A DNA stretch of 64,000 nucleotides from Spirochaetota bacterium (GTDB taxonomy: Bacteria; Spirochaetota; UBA4802; UBA5550): the NCBI GenBank assembly GCA_963664815.2, contig CAXXHB010000003.1:1856001-1920000 (forward strand), in the 5' to 3' direction. Positions 18,057 to 28,465 of this stretch are shown piece after piece. Positions within the stretch are counted from its first letter, which is position 1. Each line of letters begins with the position of its first letter. The position numbers and the translations under genes were made by a program. The notes beneath the pieces are model-generated. The model was not told the DNA's origin, searched no databases, and was given only the letters and a program-made list of their open reading frames with translations.

Positions 18057-18665
18057 ATGCCCCCTAAGGCTGTTTTTAACAGGGAAGATATTATTTCAAC
18101 TGCATTTGAGATAGTCAGAAAGAGCGGTTTCGGGGAATTCAGCGCCAGGAAAATTGCCGATGAACTCCATTCTTCAACAGCTCCCGTTTATTCATATTTC
18201 AGTTCCATGGATGAGCTTAGATCCGAGGTGCTGGACAGAGCAGAAAATCTGATGCTGGAATACACAATGAAATCGTATACAAAAAGCGTATTTCTCAACA
18301 TGGGGACAGGGCTTGTTCTTTTTGCACAGGAGAACCGTGAGCTTTTCAGGGCACTTCTACTTGAAAGCAGTGATACAAAAGCGCTTCTTGAAAAATTTTT
18401 CAGTTCCATTACTTCCGAACTGGACAGGGATGAACTTGTATCACTCCTTCCGGCTAAAGAGAGAAGAGAGGTTATGAACAGGATGGCAATCTTTACACAC
18501 GGTTTTGCATCGCTTGTCTGCGTGGGCCTTATCAGCGAAGTGAGTAAAAATACGGCAATTAAAACCATGTATAATATGGGACGGGATGTGATAAACATTG
18601 CGCTTAAAAAGGCGGGAATAAATGAAAGTATTCCGTATGATAATGCATCTGCGGGAATAAAATAA
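18057..18665 (+). CDS. TetR/AcrR family transcriptional regulator
   Basis: MPPKAVFNREDIISTAFEIVRKSG..FSARKIADEL..STAPVYSYFSSMDEL HTH; C-terminal THG (WHG-like). Confidence 0.93.
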   Translation: MPPKAVFNREDIISTAFEIVRKSGFGEFSARKIADELHSSTAPVYSYFSSMDELRSEVLDRAENLMLEYTMKSYTKSVFLNMGTGLVLFAQENRELFRALLLESSDTKALLEKFFSSITSELDRDELVSLLPAKERREVMNRMAIFTHGFASLVCVGLISEVSKNTAIKTMYNMGRDVINIALKKAGINESIPYDNASAGIK

Positions 18666-18678
18666 AGAGAGGTCATGT

Positions 18679-19659
18679 ATGAAAACAAGAATAACAGAGA
18701 TGTTCGGAATCGATTACCCTGTAATATGCGGAGCCATGTATCTGGTTGGAGAGCCAAAGCTTACGGCTGCTATTTCAAATGCGGGTGGTATGGGTAATCT
18801 CACTGCAGGTAATTATAAATCTGCCGAAGATCTCAGAAATGCCATTCGTGAAACAAAGAAACTGACGGATAAACCGTTTATGGTGGGCATAACAATACTC
18901 CCGTCATTTCACATTACAATGGACGATCATAGGAAAAATCTTGAAATCTGCGCTGAAGAAAAAGTCGGCGGAATAGAGGTTTCAGGAACCCCCCTTGACA
19001 AGGTTGGAAAGCAGTATATGGATATGCTTAGAAAAGCTGGTGTAAAGATGTTTCATAAGGTAGGCGCTGTAAAACATGCACAACATGCCGAAGAGGCGGG
19101 TTATGACGGAATATACGCCGCAGGAATTGAAGAGGGCGGGCATCCGCTGAATGATGACGTTACAACCATGATACTGACGCCGAAAATAGCGGAAACTGTG
19201 AAAATTCCGGTTGTTACAGTCGGAGGAATTGCGGATGGAAAGTCACTGGCTGCGGCACTTGCACTTGGAGCTGAAGGTGTAATGATGGCAACCCGCTTCA
19301 TGGCTACATACGAGTGCGGTGTACATGACAATATCAAGCAGGAGATACTTAAAAGGCAGGAGTATGATACAACACTGATCTGCAAGTCAATAAATCTTCA
19401 GGGAAGGGCGATAAAGAACAGGGTTGTGGGTGAGATTCTTGCTGCCGAGGCAAAGGGGGCAAGCCTTATGGAACTCGCACCACTTATTACAGGTGACAGA
19501 TGCCAGGAAGCCTGGGATAATGGAGATGTCGATGTGGCACCGATGATGATGGGACAATCACTCGGGCGCATTCATGATATAAAGTCATGTAAAGCGGTAA
19601 TTGAAGATATGGTAAAACAGGCTAAAGAAGAGATAGCGCGGGTGACAAGGCAGTTCTGA
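18679..19659 (+). CDS. Nitronate monooxygenase / FabK-like flavoenzyme family
   Basis: TRITEMFGIDYPVICGAM, AAISNAGGMG, GIEEGGHP, GGIADG..LAAALALGAEGVMMATRF, MMGQSLG. Confidence 0.9.
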   Translation: MKTRITEMFGIDYPVICGAMYLVGEPKLTAAISNAGGMGNLTAGNYKSAEDLRNAIRETKKLTDKPFMVGITILPSFHITMDDHRKNLEICAEEKVGGIEVSGTPLDKVGKQYMDMLRKAGVKMFHKVGAVKHAQHAEEAGYDGIYAAGIEEGGHPLNDDVTTMILTPKIAETVKIPVVTVGGIADGKSLAAALALGAEGVMMATRFMATYECGVHDNIKQEILKRQEYDTTLICKSINLQGRAIKNRVVGEILAAEAKGASLMELAPLITGDRCQEAWDNGDVDVAPMMMGQSLGRIHDIKSCKAVIEDMVKQAKEEIARVTRQF

Positions 19660-19691
19660 AAAACTGATTAATAAATGTAAATTAGAAAGAC

Positions 19692-19724
19692 AATCCTTCC
19701 TCATTCATGGGGAGGGATTTTTTA
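19692..19724 (+). terminator. Intrinsic terminator
   Basis: AATCCTTCCTCA-ttca-TGGGGAGGGATT followed by a T run, downstream of the TetR-NMO pair. Confidence 0.75.
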
Positions 19725-19849
19725 TATTCTGATGCTGAGAAATGTTATTGTATGTTTACAGCTTCGCTCAAATATTGTTTTTTTAATAACTACCGGTTTT
19801 TTAGTAAGATAATTATTATTCAAGATGTAATGTTATTATTCCGTTAATA

Positions 19850-21055
19850 ATGACAAGACGGGGTGAATTTGTGGAAACAGTCCATTATGATAAAACTGAA
19901 CTTGAAGTCATTACTGTAAACGAGTTAGATGGAGAAAAAACGGAAGATCCTCAAATCAGAAATATTCTCAGGGAAAAGACATTCAACAGTGAGCTTAACC
20001 AGTTAGTCAATAAAATATATAATAATGAACAGATGATTGAAGAACCGGTCCCTGTTCCTGAAATGTCTGATCCGGCTGAAAAATATAATCTGCTGCTTGA
20101 ATATGAAAAGATAATTTACAGACTGAAACATTCTGATGAATTGAACTCAGTTTCATCCCGCTTTAATCCTTTCGAAACAGATATAAACGTATATGATGAT
20201 ATTGACGATACTGCGGACTATATAAAAGCGGGTATGCTTCAGTCCGGTTATTCACGATACCAGATATTGAAATATAATTTTAATGACAAGGCATATAGAA
20301 GCGATATCAATCATCTCGATTCATCATATTCATCGGATATGTACTTCAGCAACAATGATCCGCTGATTTTAAAAATAAATGATTATATTGAAGGATTTGT
20401 GTTAACACCGGATATAATAAAGTCCGATCCATTTTTTTCAAAAAAATTTCTCAACAGTGATGCGGATGACCTGTCACAGCATAAATTCTATATAGTCAAA
20501 ATTTCATCTCTTTTTAAAAATACATGCAACGGAAAGATGTTTGCTAATAAATTCAGCAGATTTGAAGAATCACTCTCACCATTGCTCCTGATAGAACTCG
20601 ACTCTGAACATCAGGTAAATCCGGAGAAAATTTTCAGAAACCTGGAAGAGACTGCGGCGCTTCCTTTAATAATATATTTTTTAAAAAATATAGTTAAATT
20701 CAGCATTAACAATTTGTCATATGAAAACATACTGTTCATGATTGAACTATTTATAAAATCTGCAGTCAATACTCGCTTAAAAAGTTATATAGTAACTTTG
20801 GTTGATTATTCCAGAAAAGATAATATATTTATCTACAAATACTTTTTATCAAAATTAAGGAGAATACTTAACAGAAACTATTTAATTCTCAAAATAAGTA
20901 TCAACAGAGCTGTAGTTATTACAACAGCTCCGGATATGAGGGATATTGATCATCTGATCGAAAGAATTAATTCCGGAGTAAAAATAATCGGTATGGAATC
21001 TGTTGACTATAATGAATATCTCAACAGTAAAGAATTTGTTAATCTTTTTCTATAA
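19850..21055 (+). CDS. Hypothetical protein (C-terminus possibly a degenerate GGDEF-like fold)
   Basis: 401-aa ORF with no intact motif; the start may be the GTG at 19871. Confidence 0.65.
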   Translation: MTRRGEFVETVHYDKTELEVITVNELDGEKTEDPQIRNILREKTFNSELNQLVNKIYNNEQMIEEPVPVPEMSDPAEKYNLLLEYEKIIYRLKHSDELNSVSSRFNPFETDINVYDDIDDTADYIKAGMLQSGYSRYQILKYNFNDKAYRSDINHLDSSYSSDMYFSNNDPLILKINDYIEGFVLTPDIIKSDPFFSKKFLNSDADDLSQHKFYIVKISSLFKNTCNGKMFANKFSRFEESLSPLLLIELDSEHQVNPEKIFRNLEETAALPLIIYFLKNIVKFSINNLSYENILFMIELFIKSAVNTRLKSYIVTLVDYSRKDNIFIYKYFLSKLRRILNRNYLILKISINRAVVITTAPDMRDIDHLIERINSGVKIIGMESVDYNEYLNSKEFVNLFL

Positions 21056-21108
21056 CCCCAATCCGGCATTAATTTCTTGCATAATTACGTGTATTTCAGT
21101 ATCCTGAT

Positions 21109-22323
21109 ATGAATATTATGAACAAGATATTTTTAATAATATTTTCAGCGGTAGTTCTTTTCTCCGCAAGTGAAAACCTCTTTTCGGCGGGGAGTATTGG
21201 AACTTCAGGCGCTGATTTCCTTGAACTGGGTGTCGGATCAAGACCTCTTGCAATGGGTGAGGCTTTCACAGCTGAGACAAACGATGTAAACTGTCTATAT
21301 TATAATCCTGCAGGTCTGGGATCTGTACGATTTCCTGTGTTAACGATTTTTCATAACGAACTTATTCTTGATTCAAGACTGGAAAATTTAAGTATGGCAT
21401 ATCCCCTTTATGGAGGATGGATTGGAATTGCAAACTCCCTTTTCTGGGTCCCCGTTTTTGATAAAATTGATATAAATGGTGAAAAAACAGGAGATGTAAA
21501 GTACTATAACGGGAATTTTACAACAGGTTATGGTTATGATTTCGGTTCTTTCTATCTTGGCGGTTCATTAAAATACATTTATCAGAAAATCGATACATTA
21601 TTTGTAAGCTCAGTTGCAATGGATTTGGGAATACTCAAAGGGATGTATTTATATTCCCCTTTTGACACCCCTATAAGAAATTTTCATGTAGGTTTTTCCA
21701 TGCTGAATCTTGGAACAAAAGCAAAAGATGATCCGCTGCCAAGGATGTTAAGATTCGGAACATCATATAAACTTACAAAATGGTTTGGATTTAATCTGGA
21801 CATGACCGAGAACTTTATTGATTCTTCAGATTTATATGATTTTACATATCTTTTTGATGAAAGCTTTCGTATAAATACTGGTGTGGAGTTAAATTATCTC
21901 GAACTTATTTATTTAAGGGGTGGCTGGCGTTTTAATGACGCAGGAACATATTCACTGGGTTTTGGATTTAACTATTCTATAAAAAACACTGCTTTCAGTG
22001 TTGATACATCCTATTCTGATAATGGTATTTTCGGCCCTGTATATTCACTGAGTGTGACAATTAAACTCATCCCCAAGGTTATTACAGTAAGCGATAAATT
22101 GCGCGCTGAAGTTCATTATAAAAAAGGTATCAAGCATTTTGTTGCAGATGATCTTGATTCTGCTATTGATGAATTCAATACGGCGAAAGACTACAATCCC
22201 TATCATAAAAATATTGATAGAAAAATAAAGGATCTTGAAGAGATTAAAAAATTGAAGGAAAAAAACAGGGAACTCGATGATGAACTCAAAAAAAATGAAA
22301 ACCAGGGAGAATTCCAGTATTAG
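21109..22323 (+). CDS. UPF0164/PorV-PorQ-like outer-membrane beta-barrel with C-terminal TPR
   Basis: GTSGADFLELGVGSRPLAMGEAF...YYNPAGL signature, GGSLKYI, DLG, LPRMLRFG, GVELNY...LRGGW; then HYKKGIKHF...AIDEF..A...NPYH TPR. Confidence 0.85.
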   Translation: MNIMNKIFLIIFSAVVLFSASENLFSAGSIGTSGADFLELGVGSRPLAMGEAFTAETNDVNCLYYNPAGLGSVRFPVLTIFHNELILDSRLENLSMAYPLYGGWIGIANSLFWVPVFDKIDINGEKTGDVKYYNGNFTTGYGYDFGSFYLGGSLKYIYQKIDTLFVSSVAMDLGILKGMYLYSPFDTPIRNFHVGFSMLNLGTKAKDDPLPRMLRFGTSYKLTKWFGFNLDMTENFIDSSDLYDFTYLFDESFRINTGVELNYLELIYLRGGWRFNDAGTYSLGFGFNYSIKNTAFSVDTSYSDNGIFGPVYSLSVTIKLIPKVITVSDKLRAEVHYKKGIKHFVADDLDSAIDEFNTAKDYNPYHKNIDRKIKDLEEIKKLKEKNRELDDELKKNENQGEFQY

Positions 22324-22990
22324 AAAAATTACCGTTGAGAAAAATTTTTGTAAAAATGCATACGGCTCGGTTCTTTTCGGTATGGGGAATACAAAGGTTA
22401 TTTGTGCGGTACATATATCTGATGATGTTCCGGATCATGCAAAAAGAAAAAATACTGGATGGCTTTCTGCCGAGTATACAATGCTGCCATATTCAACTCA
22501 GACAAGGACAAAAAGAGAATTTACAAAACGTGACGGCCGTTCTGTTGAAATCCAGCGTCTTATAGGAAGATCTCTCAGGGCTGCAATTGATCTTGATAAA
22601 CTACCCGGTTATTCAATATATGTTGATTGCGATGTGGTTCAGGCTGATGGAGGTACAAGAACAGCTTCAATTACAGGCGGATATATTGCCCTGAAATTGG
22701 CTGTAGACAGAATGCTCAAAGAGGGATTGATTAAAATTAATCCCATTGTGTCAAATGTTGCAGCGATATCAGTAGGTATTATAAATAATGAAATTCACCT
22801 CGATCTTGATTATGCAAAAGACTCCATTGCAGATGTTGATATGAATATTGTGATGAATGGGAATCTGGATTTTATTGAAATTCAGGGTACGGGGGAACAG
22901 TCATCTTTTTCGGGGAGGCAACTTGATCAAATGCTCAAAGCTGCTGAAGCCGGAATCCGAGAGATTATTTCCATTCAGAATTTATACTGA
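22295..22990 (+). CDS. rph: Ribonuclease PH
   Basis: GSVL..MGNTKVIC, GWLSAEYTMLP, GRSVEIQRLIGRSLRA, DCDVVQADGGTRTASITG, DMNIVM, EIQGTGE. Start MKTREN (22295) preferred over 22277. Confidence 0.96.
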   Translation: MKTRENSSIRKITVEKNFCKNAYGSVLFGMGNTKVICAVHISDDVPDHAKRKNTGWLSAEYTMLPYSTQTRTKREFTKRDGRSVEIQRLIGRSLRAAIDLDKLPGYSIYVDCDVVQADGGTRTASITGGYIALKLAVDRMLKEGLIKINPIVSNVAAISVGIINNEIHLDLDYAKDSIADVDMNIVMNGNLDFIEIQGTGEQSSFSGRQLDQMLKAAEAGIREIISIQNLY

Positions 22991-23125
22991 TTTCTGTTAT
23001 AACCCGCCTGATAAAATAGATACAGAAATTAATGTAAAAAAGCCGATAAAATAAATGAGTATGCCTGATCTGTTAAATTTCTGTTAACCGGGTACATATT
23101 AAAATTTTATATCCACGGTATTTTT

Positions 23126-23866
23126 ATGAAATCACGATTCAGATTCAATATAATTATATTTTTTATATCTGTTTTTATTCCACACTTCGCCTTCTCTCAG
23201 GGTACCCAGACTGTTGTTATTGGTACCCCGACAGCATTTACTATTTCCAAAGGTACATATAATGTTTTGTTTCTTGAATATGATAAAGGGGGAATGGAGT
23301 TTAAAACTTTCCTGGGCCTTCATGATATACTATATCTCGGTTTGTCGCTTGATGTGCAAAATGCAATCGGGCAGGAGAAGCCTCAGTTTAATGTGCCGGG
23401 CGTAATTGGAAAGATCAGGTTCAATGACGGATGGGAATCCTTCCCGATTATACTTGCCGCCGGTTACGATTCATTTTATGTCGGGTATGATGGAGTTGAG
23501 GATAACCCGGAAAATGAATTAAACAGGGTAATATATGGGCCGTATTTTGTGCTGACAGGTTCAATCTATTTATTTGATTCCGAACAATACCTCAGCGCAG
23601 GGATAAGAACACCTACTCAGCCCTATTATAAACCTGAAAATACTTCATATTTTACATCGCTTGATATTCCGCTTGGCGAATTTTTCAGATTTCAGTTTGA
23701 GATGGAAAGAGTATACTGGAACTTCAGAGATCGTAATCAATGGCTGTATAATGCAGGATTGAAGTACAACTATTTTGATCATATCGGTCTGGAAATTGCC
23801 ATTCTGATGCAGGATAATCAGAGACCTAACAGAATAATCAGGATTGAATATCATGGTGAATTTTAA
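23126..23866 (+). CDS. Hypothetical exported protein, probable beta-barrel (YjbH-like)
   Basis: Signal peptide (AFS-Q), IGTPTAFT N-terminal motif, alternating aromatic strands, terminal Phe. Confidence 0.6.
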   Translation: MKSRFRFNIIIFFISVFIPHFAFSQGTQTVVIGTPTAFTISKGTYNVLFLEYDKGGMEFKTFLGLHDILYLGLSLDVQNAIGQEKPQFNVPGVIGKIRFNDGWESFPIILAAGYDSFYVGYDGVEDNPENELNRVIYGPYFVLTGSIYLFDSEQYLSAGIRTPTQPYYKPENTSYFTSLDIPLGEFFRFQFEMERVYWNFRDRNQWLYNAGLKYNYFDHIGLEIAILMQDNQRPNRIIRIEYHGEF

Positions 23867-24335
23867 AAACAGTTTTCTGGCATTAGTAGTAATTTTTTTA
23901 TATATTTCCTTATATTCAGACAACGTTAATAATAAATGCATTATATATCTCAATTCTGAAAGTGGTAAAAAAAATATTATTAATGCAGAAGTTGCCGGCT
24001 CATCCTCTGAGCGGGAGAAGGGTCTGATGTACAGGGAATCTTTAAGTGAAAATGATGGAATGCTTTTTGTCTTTGAAAAGGAGCAAAATCTCAGTTTCTG
24101 GATGAAAAACACATTAATTCCACTTGATATAGCATATATAAACAAAAATGGCATAATAAATGAAATATATCATATGAAACCGCTTGACGTTTCTGTAACA
24201 TATAATTCCGTTAAACCAGCAATGTTTGCTCTTGAAGTTAATCTCGGATGGTACGGCAGACATAAAATAAAACCTGGATCAAAGATAGAATTTAATGGAT
24301 GCCTCAGTAAACCGGATAGCCTCATCAAAAGATGA
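23844..24335 (+). CDS. DUF192 family protein
   Basis: AEVA....REKGLMYRESL...GMLFVF.....FWMKNTLIPLDIAYI...ALEVNLG. Confidence 0.9.
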   Translation: MNIMVNFKNSFLALVVIFLYISLYSDNVNNKCIIYLNSESGKKNIINAEVAGSSSEREKGLMYRESLSENDGMLFVFEKEQNLSFWMKNTLIPLDIAYINKNGIINEIYHMKPLDVSVTYNSVKPAMFALEVNLGWYGRHKIKPGSKIEFNGCLSKPDSLIKR

Positions 24336-25410
24336 GAAAGCACTTCTGATTTCAATTTATATTAAAGGCGAAGACAGGGAAAAAGCGGAATATTCCCTTG
24401 ATGAACTGCGTCTTCTTGTAAAAACGGCAGGAGCTGTTATTGTTGATTCGATAACAATAAAAAGAGACTCAATTGACCCGGCCTATATATTCGGTACAGG
24501 ATATATAGATATTATAAAACAAAAAATTGAAGAACTGGAGCTTAAGCTTATTATTTTTGATCTTGTCAATATCCGTCCTGCCCAGATACGAAATCTTGAA
24601 GACAAGCTCAACTGCCGCGTAATCGGAAGAAACGAAGTTATACTGGATATTTTTGCAAGAAGAGCAAGGAGCGCTGAATCCAAAATACAGGTTGAGCTTG
24701 CACAGCTGAAATATATACTTCCCAGACTCAAAGGTCTCGGCGGTGTACTCTCCCGGCTCGGCGGCGGTATTGGGACAAGAGGGCCTGGTGAAACAATGCT
24801 CGAAACTGACAAAAGGCACATATTAAAGAGAATAGATGTGCTTAAAGATAAACTGAAAAAATATGAAGAGCACAGGCGCAGAACGAGAAATGCAAGAAAC
24901 GATAAATTTATCGGTGCAGTTGTAGGTTATACCAATGCCGGAAAATCAACCCTTATTAATCTTCTTGCCAAAGATGATCTTTTTGTGGAAGACAGACTTT
25001 TTGCGACTCTCGATTCATATACAAGGTCTGTTTTCATAACACCTGAGATTGGAATTCTGCTTACTGATACAGTCGGGTTTATTCAAAACCTTCCTGCAAA
25101 TCTGATTGAATCATTCAGGTCAACTCTTGAGGATATTGAAAATTCTGATTTCATTATACATGTTGTTGATATAAATGCGCCTGATATCGAATCTAATATA
25201 AAAACAGTAGAAAACGAACTTGTTCAGCTGAAAACAGAGGAAAAGCCATTAATTTTGTTTTTTAATAAAACAGATTCAGCTATGGAAAAAAATATAAATA
25301 TTGTAAAACATAAATACCCTGAATCGATAGCAGGTTCTGCCAGAACATCAGAAGGAATAAATCTGTTAAAACAGGCTATATCCGATATATATAAATCAAA
25401 ATCAAAATAA
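24295..25410 (+). CDS. hflX: Ribosome-splitting GTPase HflX
   Basis: ILDIFARRA, QVELAQLKY.LPRL, GGGIGTRGPGET.LE.D, VGYTNAGKSTL, LFATLD, TDTVGFI, NKTD. Confidence 0.96.
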   Translation: MDASVNRIASSKDEKALLISIYIKGEDREKAEYSLDELRLLVKTAGAVIVDSITIKRDSIDPAYIFGTGYIDIIKQKIEELELKLIIFDLVNIRPAQIRNLEDKLNCRVIGRNEVILDIFARRARSAESKIQVELAQLKYILPRLKGLGGVLSRLGGGIGTRGPGETMLETDKRHILKRIDVLKDKLKKYEEHRRRTRNARNDKFIGAVVGYTNAGKSTLINLLAKDDLFVEDRLFATLDSYTRSVFITPEIGILLTDTVGFIQNLPANLIESFRSTLEDIENSDFIIHVVDINAPDIESNIKTVENELVQLKTEEKPLILFFNKTDSAMEKNINIVKHKYPESIAGSARTSEGINLLKQAISDIYKSKSK

Positions 25411-25734
25411 AAAAGGCTTTTTTCATTCGCTGTATTGATCCGGAGCATTTATATCAACGGCAATATTTACAACAAAGGAATTAAGATGGTGCTTATACTG
25501 ATAAGTATTCAGGTAAAATATCAGTAATTGCTAAAAAAATATTTTTTTACACTTTTATAAAGATAGAGGGTAAATGTTAAAATAAAAACTATTTTTAAAA
25601 AACAGTATCTTTTAAAAATATTTTCTTGATAAATGTAACATAAACCTGAATGATGTTTACATAAATAAAATATCTGCACACTTATCAGTAATCTCAAAAA
25701 AATCAAATTAAAAAATGAAAAACAGGATATTACA

Positions 25735-28464
25735 ATGCTTGAAATAATACTGAATACAGTATTCGGGACCAAACCTGAACGTGACAGAAAAAAATTACAA
25801 CCCTATGCCGACAGAATAAATCTTCTTGAAAGCAATGTTTCAAAAATGTCGCAGCAGGAGATGCTTACCAGAACATCAGAATTTAAACTGATGATTGAAA
25901 AAGGTGAATCGCTTGATAATATTCTTCCTGAAGCTTACGCAATGGTCAGGGAAGCATCTATCCGAACTCTTGGCATGAGACACTTTGATGTTCAGCTCAT
26001 GGGTGGTGTTGTTCTTCACAAAGGGCAGATAGCTGAGATGAAAACCGGTGAAGGGAAAACCCTTGTTGCAACGCTTCCGATATATTTAAATGCTCTTAAA
26101 GGAAAAGGAGTTCATGTCGTTACAGTAAATGATTATTTAGCCAAACGTGACGCGGAGTGGATGGGGCCGATATACAGATACCTTGGATTGAATTTCGGTA
26201 TTATCCAGCACTATCTGGGGCCAATTGAGAGACAGAAGGCTTATGGATGCGATATAACGTACGGTACAAATAATGAATTCGGATTTGATTATCTGAGAGA
26301 TAATATGGTCGAACATCGCAGCCTGAAGGTTCAGCGTGATCTTCATTACTGCATCGTTGACGAGGTTGACTCCATACTTATAGATGAGTCGAGAACTCCT
26401 CTTATAATATCAGGCTCTATTGAAGAATCAACTAAAAAGTATATACAGATTAATAAAATTATTCCTCAGCTGAAAGAGGGAGCCGACTATGAAGTAGTTG
26501 AAAAAGATAAAAATGCCACTTTAACCGAAGAAGGGGTGTCTCATATAGAACGCATTTTAAAAATAGACAATCTCTATGATAATAAGCATATTGATATCAT
26601 TCATCACATCCATCAGGCACTTAAGGCACACCTTGTTTTTCACAGAGATATTGATTATATAGTAAAAGACGGCCAGGTGATAATTGTAGATGAGTTTACA
26701 GGAAGGCTTATGCCGGGCAGGAGATTCTCTGACGGTTTGCACCAGGCGCTTGAGGCAAAGGAAAATGTTACCGTAGCAAGAGAGAGCCAGACTCTTGCTT
26801 CAATTACATTCCAGAATTATTTCAGAATGTATAAAAAGCTTTCAGGTATGACCGGAACAGCTGAAACTGAATCTGTCGAGTTTAAAAATATTTATGGTCT
26901 CGATGTAGCTGTAATTCCCACCAATCTTCCCCTTATAAGAAATGACAGGCCTGATCGTGTTTACAAAACTGAAAGAGAAAAGTTTAACGCCATTGCTGCG
27001 GAGATATCCGAATATAGTTCAAAAGGAAGACCTATTCTTGTAGGAACAATTTCGATTGAAAAGTCTGAAAAGCTTTCAAACCTTCTCCGGTCAAAGGGCA
27101 TTATACATAATGTACTTAATGCCAAATATCATGAAAAGGAAGCGCAGATAGTTGCTGAAGCTGGAAGACCGGGAGCTGTTACAATTGCGACAAATATGGC
27201 AGGTCGTGGTACTGATATTGTTCTTGGAGGGAAGAAATCATATAATGATGAAATGGAATCTCATAAATCAGTTCACAATAAGGAATTATGGGATAGTTTT
27301 AAGTTAAAGATAATGGTTTCGGATTTCGATGAAGCTGAAAAGCTTGCAGAACAGATGCAGGGGCAGGATAAAAATAAAGCACTTTCAGTTATTAAAAACG
27401 GGCGTGACTGGGTAAAAAATCATGAAAAGGTTGTTGATGCCGGTGGTCTTCATATTCTGGGAACGGAACGTCATGAAGCAAGAAGGATTGATAATCAGCT
27501 GAGGGGCCGTTCCGGCAGACAGGGGGATCCCGGTTCTTCCAGATTTTATCTTTCACTTGAAGATGAGCTTATGAGACTTTTCGGTTCAGAAAGAATCGGG
27601 AAGGTTATGGACAGGCTTGGAATGGAAGAGGGGCAGGAAATTGAAAGTCCTATGGTTTCCAAGGCAATTGCAAGCGCTCAAAAACGTGTTGAAGGCAGAA
27701 ATTTTGAAATAAGGAAGCATCTTCTTGAGTATGATGATGTTATGAATGCTCAGAGAACTTATGTTTATAAAAAAAGAAATGAACTTCTCGATGGAGTAGA
27801 TATATCCGAAGAAGTCAAAGGATATCTTACTGATGTAATAGAGAGAAGAGTTGATTTTTTCTCACAGGGTATGAAACACCCTGAGCAGTGGGATCTTGAA
27901 GGTCTTAAAAACTGGTTTAAGCAGAAATTCACTGTTGATCTTGATTATGAAGAGATTAATCCTGTCGAGTTGTCGTATTCCGGTTTTATTGCAGCAATGG
28001 AAAACAAAGTAAATACGCTGTATTCAATCAGAGAGGAAAAAAACGGATCCGAGGATATGAGGATCATTGAAAGACTGATATCACTTCAGGTTGTTGATAA
28101 TAAATGGAGAGACCACCTTCTTGCGATGGATCAGCTCAGAGATGGTATCTGGGCAATGGGTTATGGTGAGAAAAATCCTCTTGTCGAATATAAGATTGAG
28201 GGGTCATCAATCTTTAATGAAATGATAGGAAGTCTTAAAGAAGATATAATCGAATTCCTCATGAAAGTAGAAATCCGTAAAGTTGAACAGGAGATTCCGG
28301 TTTCATACACGCCTGCCGGAGATGAGTTTCATGCGGAGGTTGACCAGTTCGGTTCAGGAGGTATACCTGTTCAGTCATCATTCGGGAAAAAAAACAGGGC
28401 TGAAGAAAAACATACTGAAGGTGGAGTAAAAAGAAAAAAATCAAGAAGAAGCAGGAGAAGTTGA
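25735..28464 (+). CDS. secA: Protein translocase subunit SecA
   Basis: EMKTGEGKTL, VTVNDYLA, GFDYLRDNM, VDEVDSILIDESRTPLIISG, TNMAGRGTDI, RRIDNQLRGRSGRQGDPG. Confidence 0.98.
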   Translation: MLEIILNTVFGTKPERDRKKLQPYADRINLLESNVSKMSQQEMLTRTSEFKLMIEKGESLDNILPEAYAMVREASIRTLGMRHFDVQLMGGVVLHKGQIAEMKTGEGKTLVATLPIYLNALKGKGVHVVTVNDYLAKRDAEWMGPIYRYLGLNFGIIQHYLGPIERQKAYGCDITYGTNNEFGFDYLRDNMVEHRSLKVQRDLHYCIVDEVDSILIDESRTPLIISGSIEESTKKYIQINKIIPQLKEGADYEVVEKDKNATLTEEGVSHIERILKIDNLYDNKHIDIIHHIHQALKAHLVFHRDIDYIVKDGQVIIVDEFTGRLMPGRRFSDGLHQALEAKENVTVARESQTLASITFQNYFRMYKKLSGMTGTAETESVEFKNIYGLDVAVIPTNLPLIRNDRPDRVYKTEREKFNAIAAEISEYSSKGRPILVGTISIEKSEKLSNLLRSKGIIHNVLNAKYHEKEAQIVAEAGRPGAVTIATNMAGRGTDIVLGGKKSYNDEMESHKSVHNKELWDSFKLKIMVSDFDEAEKLAEQMQGQDKNKALSVIKNGRDWVKNHEKVVDAGGLHILGTERHEARRIDNQLRGRSGRQGDPGSSRFYLSLEDELMRLFGSERIGKVMDRLGMEEGQEIESPMVSKAIASAQKRVEGRNFEIRKHLLEYDDVMNAQRTYVYKKRNELLDGVDISEEVKGYLTDVIERRVDFFSQGMKHPEQWDLEGLKNWFKQKFTVDLDYEEINPVELSYSGFIAAMENKVNTLYSIREEKNGSEDMRIIERLISLQVVDNKWRDHLLAMDQLRDGIWAMGYGEKNPLVEYKIEGSSIFNEMIGSLKEDIIEFLMKVEIRKVEQEIPVSYTPAGDEFHAEVDQFGSGGIPVQSSFGKKNRAEEKHTEGGVKRKKSRRSRRS

Positions 28465-28465
28465 A

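Noticed and set aside
18188-18757. 189-aa antisense ORF over the TetR gene
   Set aside because: Mirror frame of a clear TetR gene, with no motif.
23023-23049. GCCGATAA (perfect sigma-28 -10) upstream of ORF 23126
   Set aside because: The -35 position reads CAGA rather than TAAA, so it is too weak to call, though not excluded.
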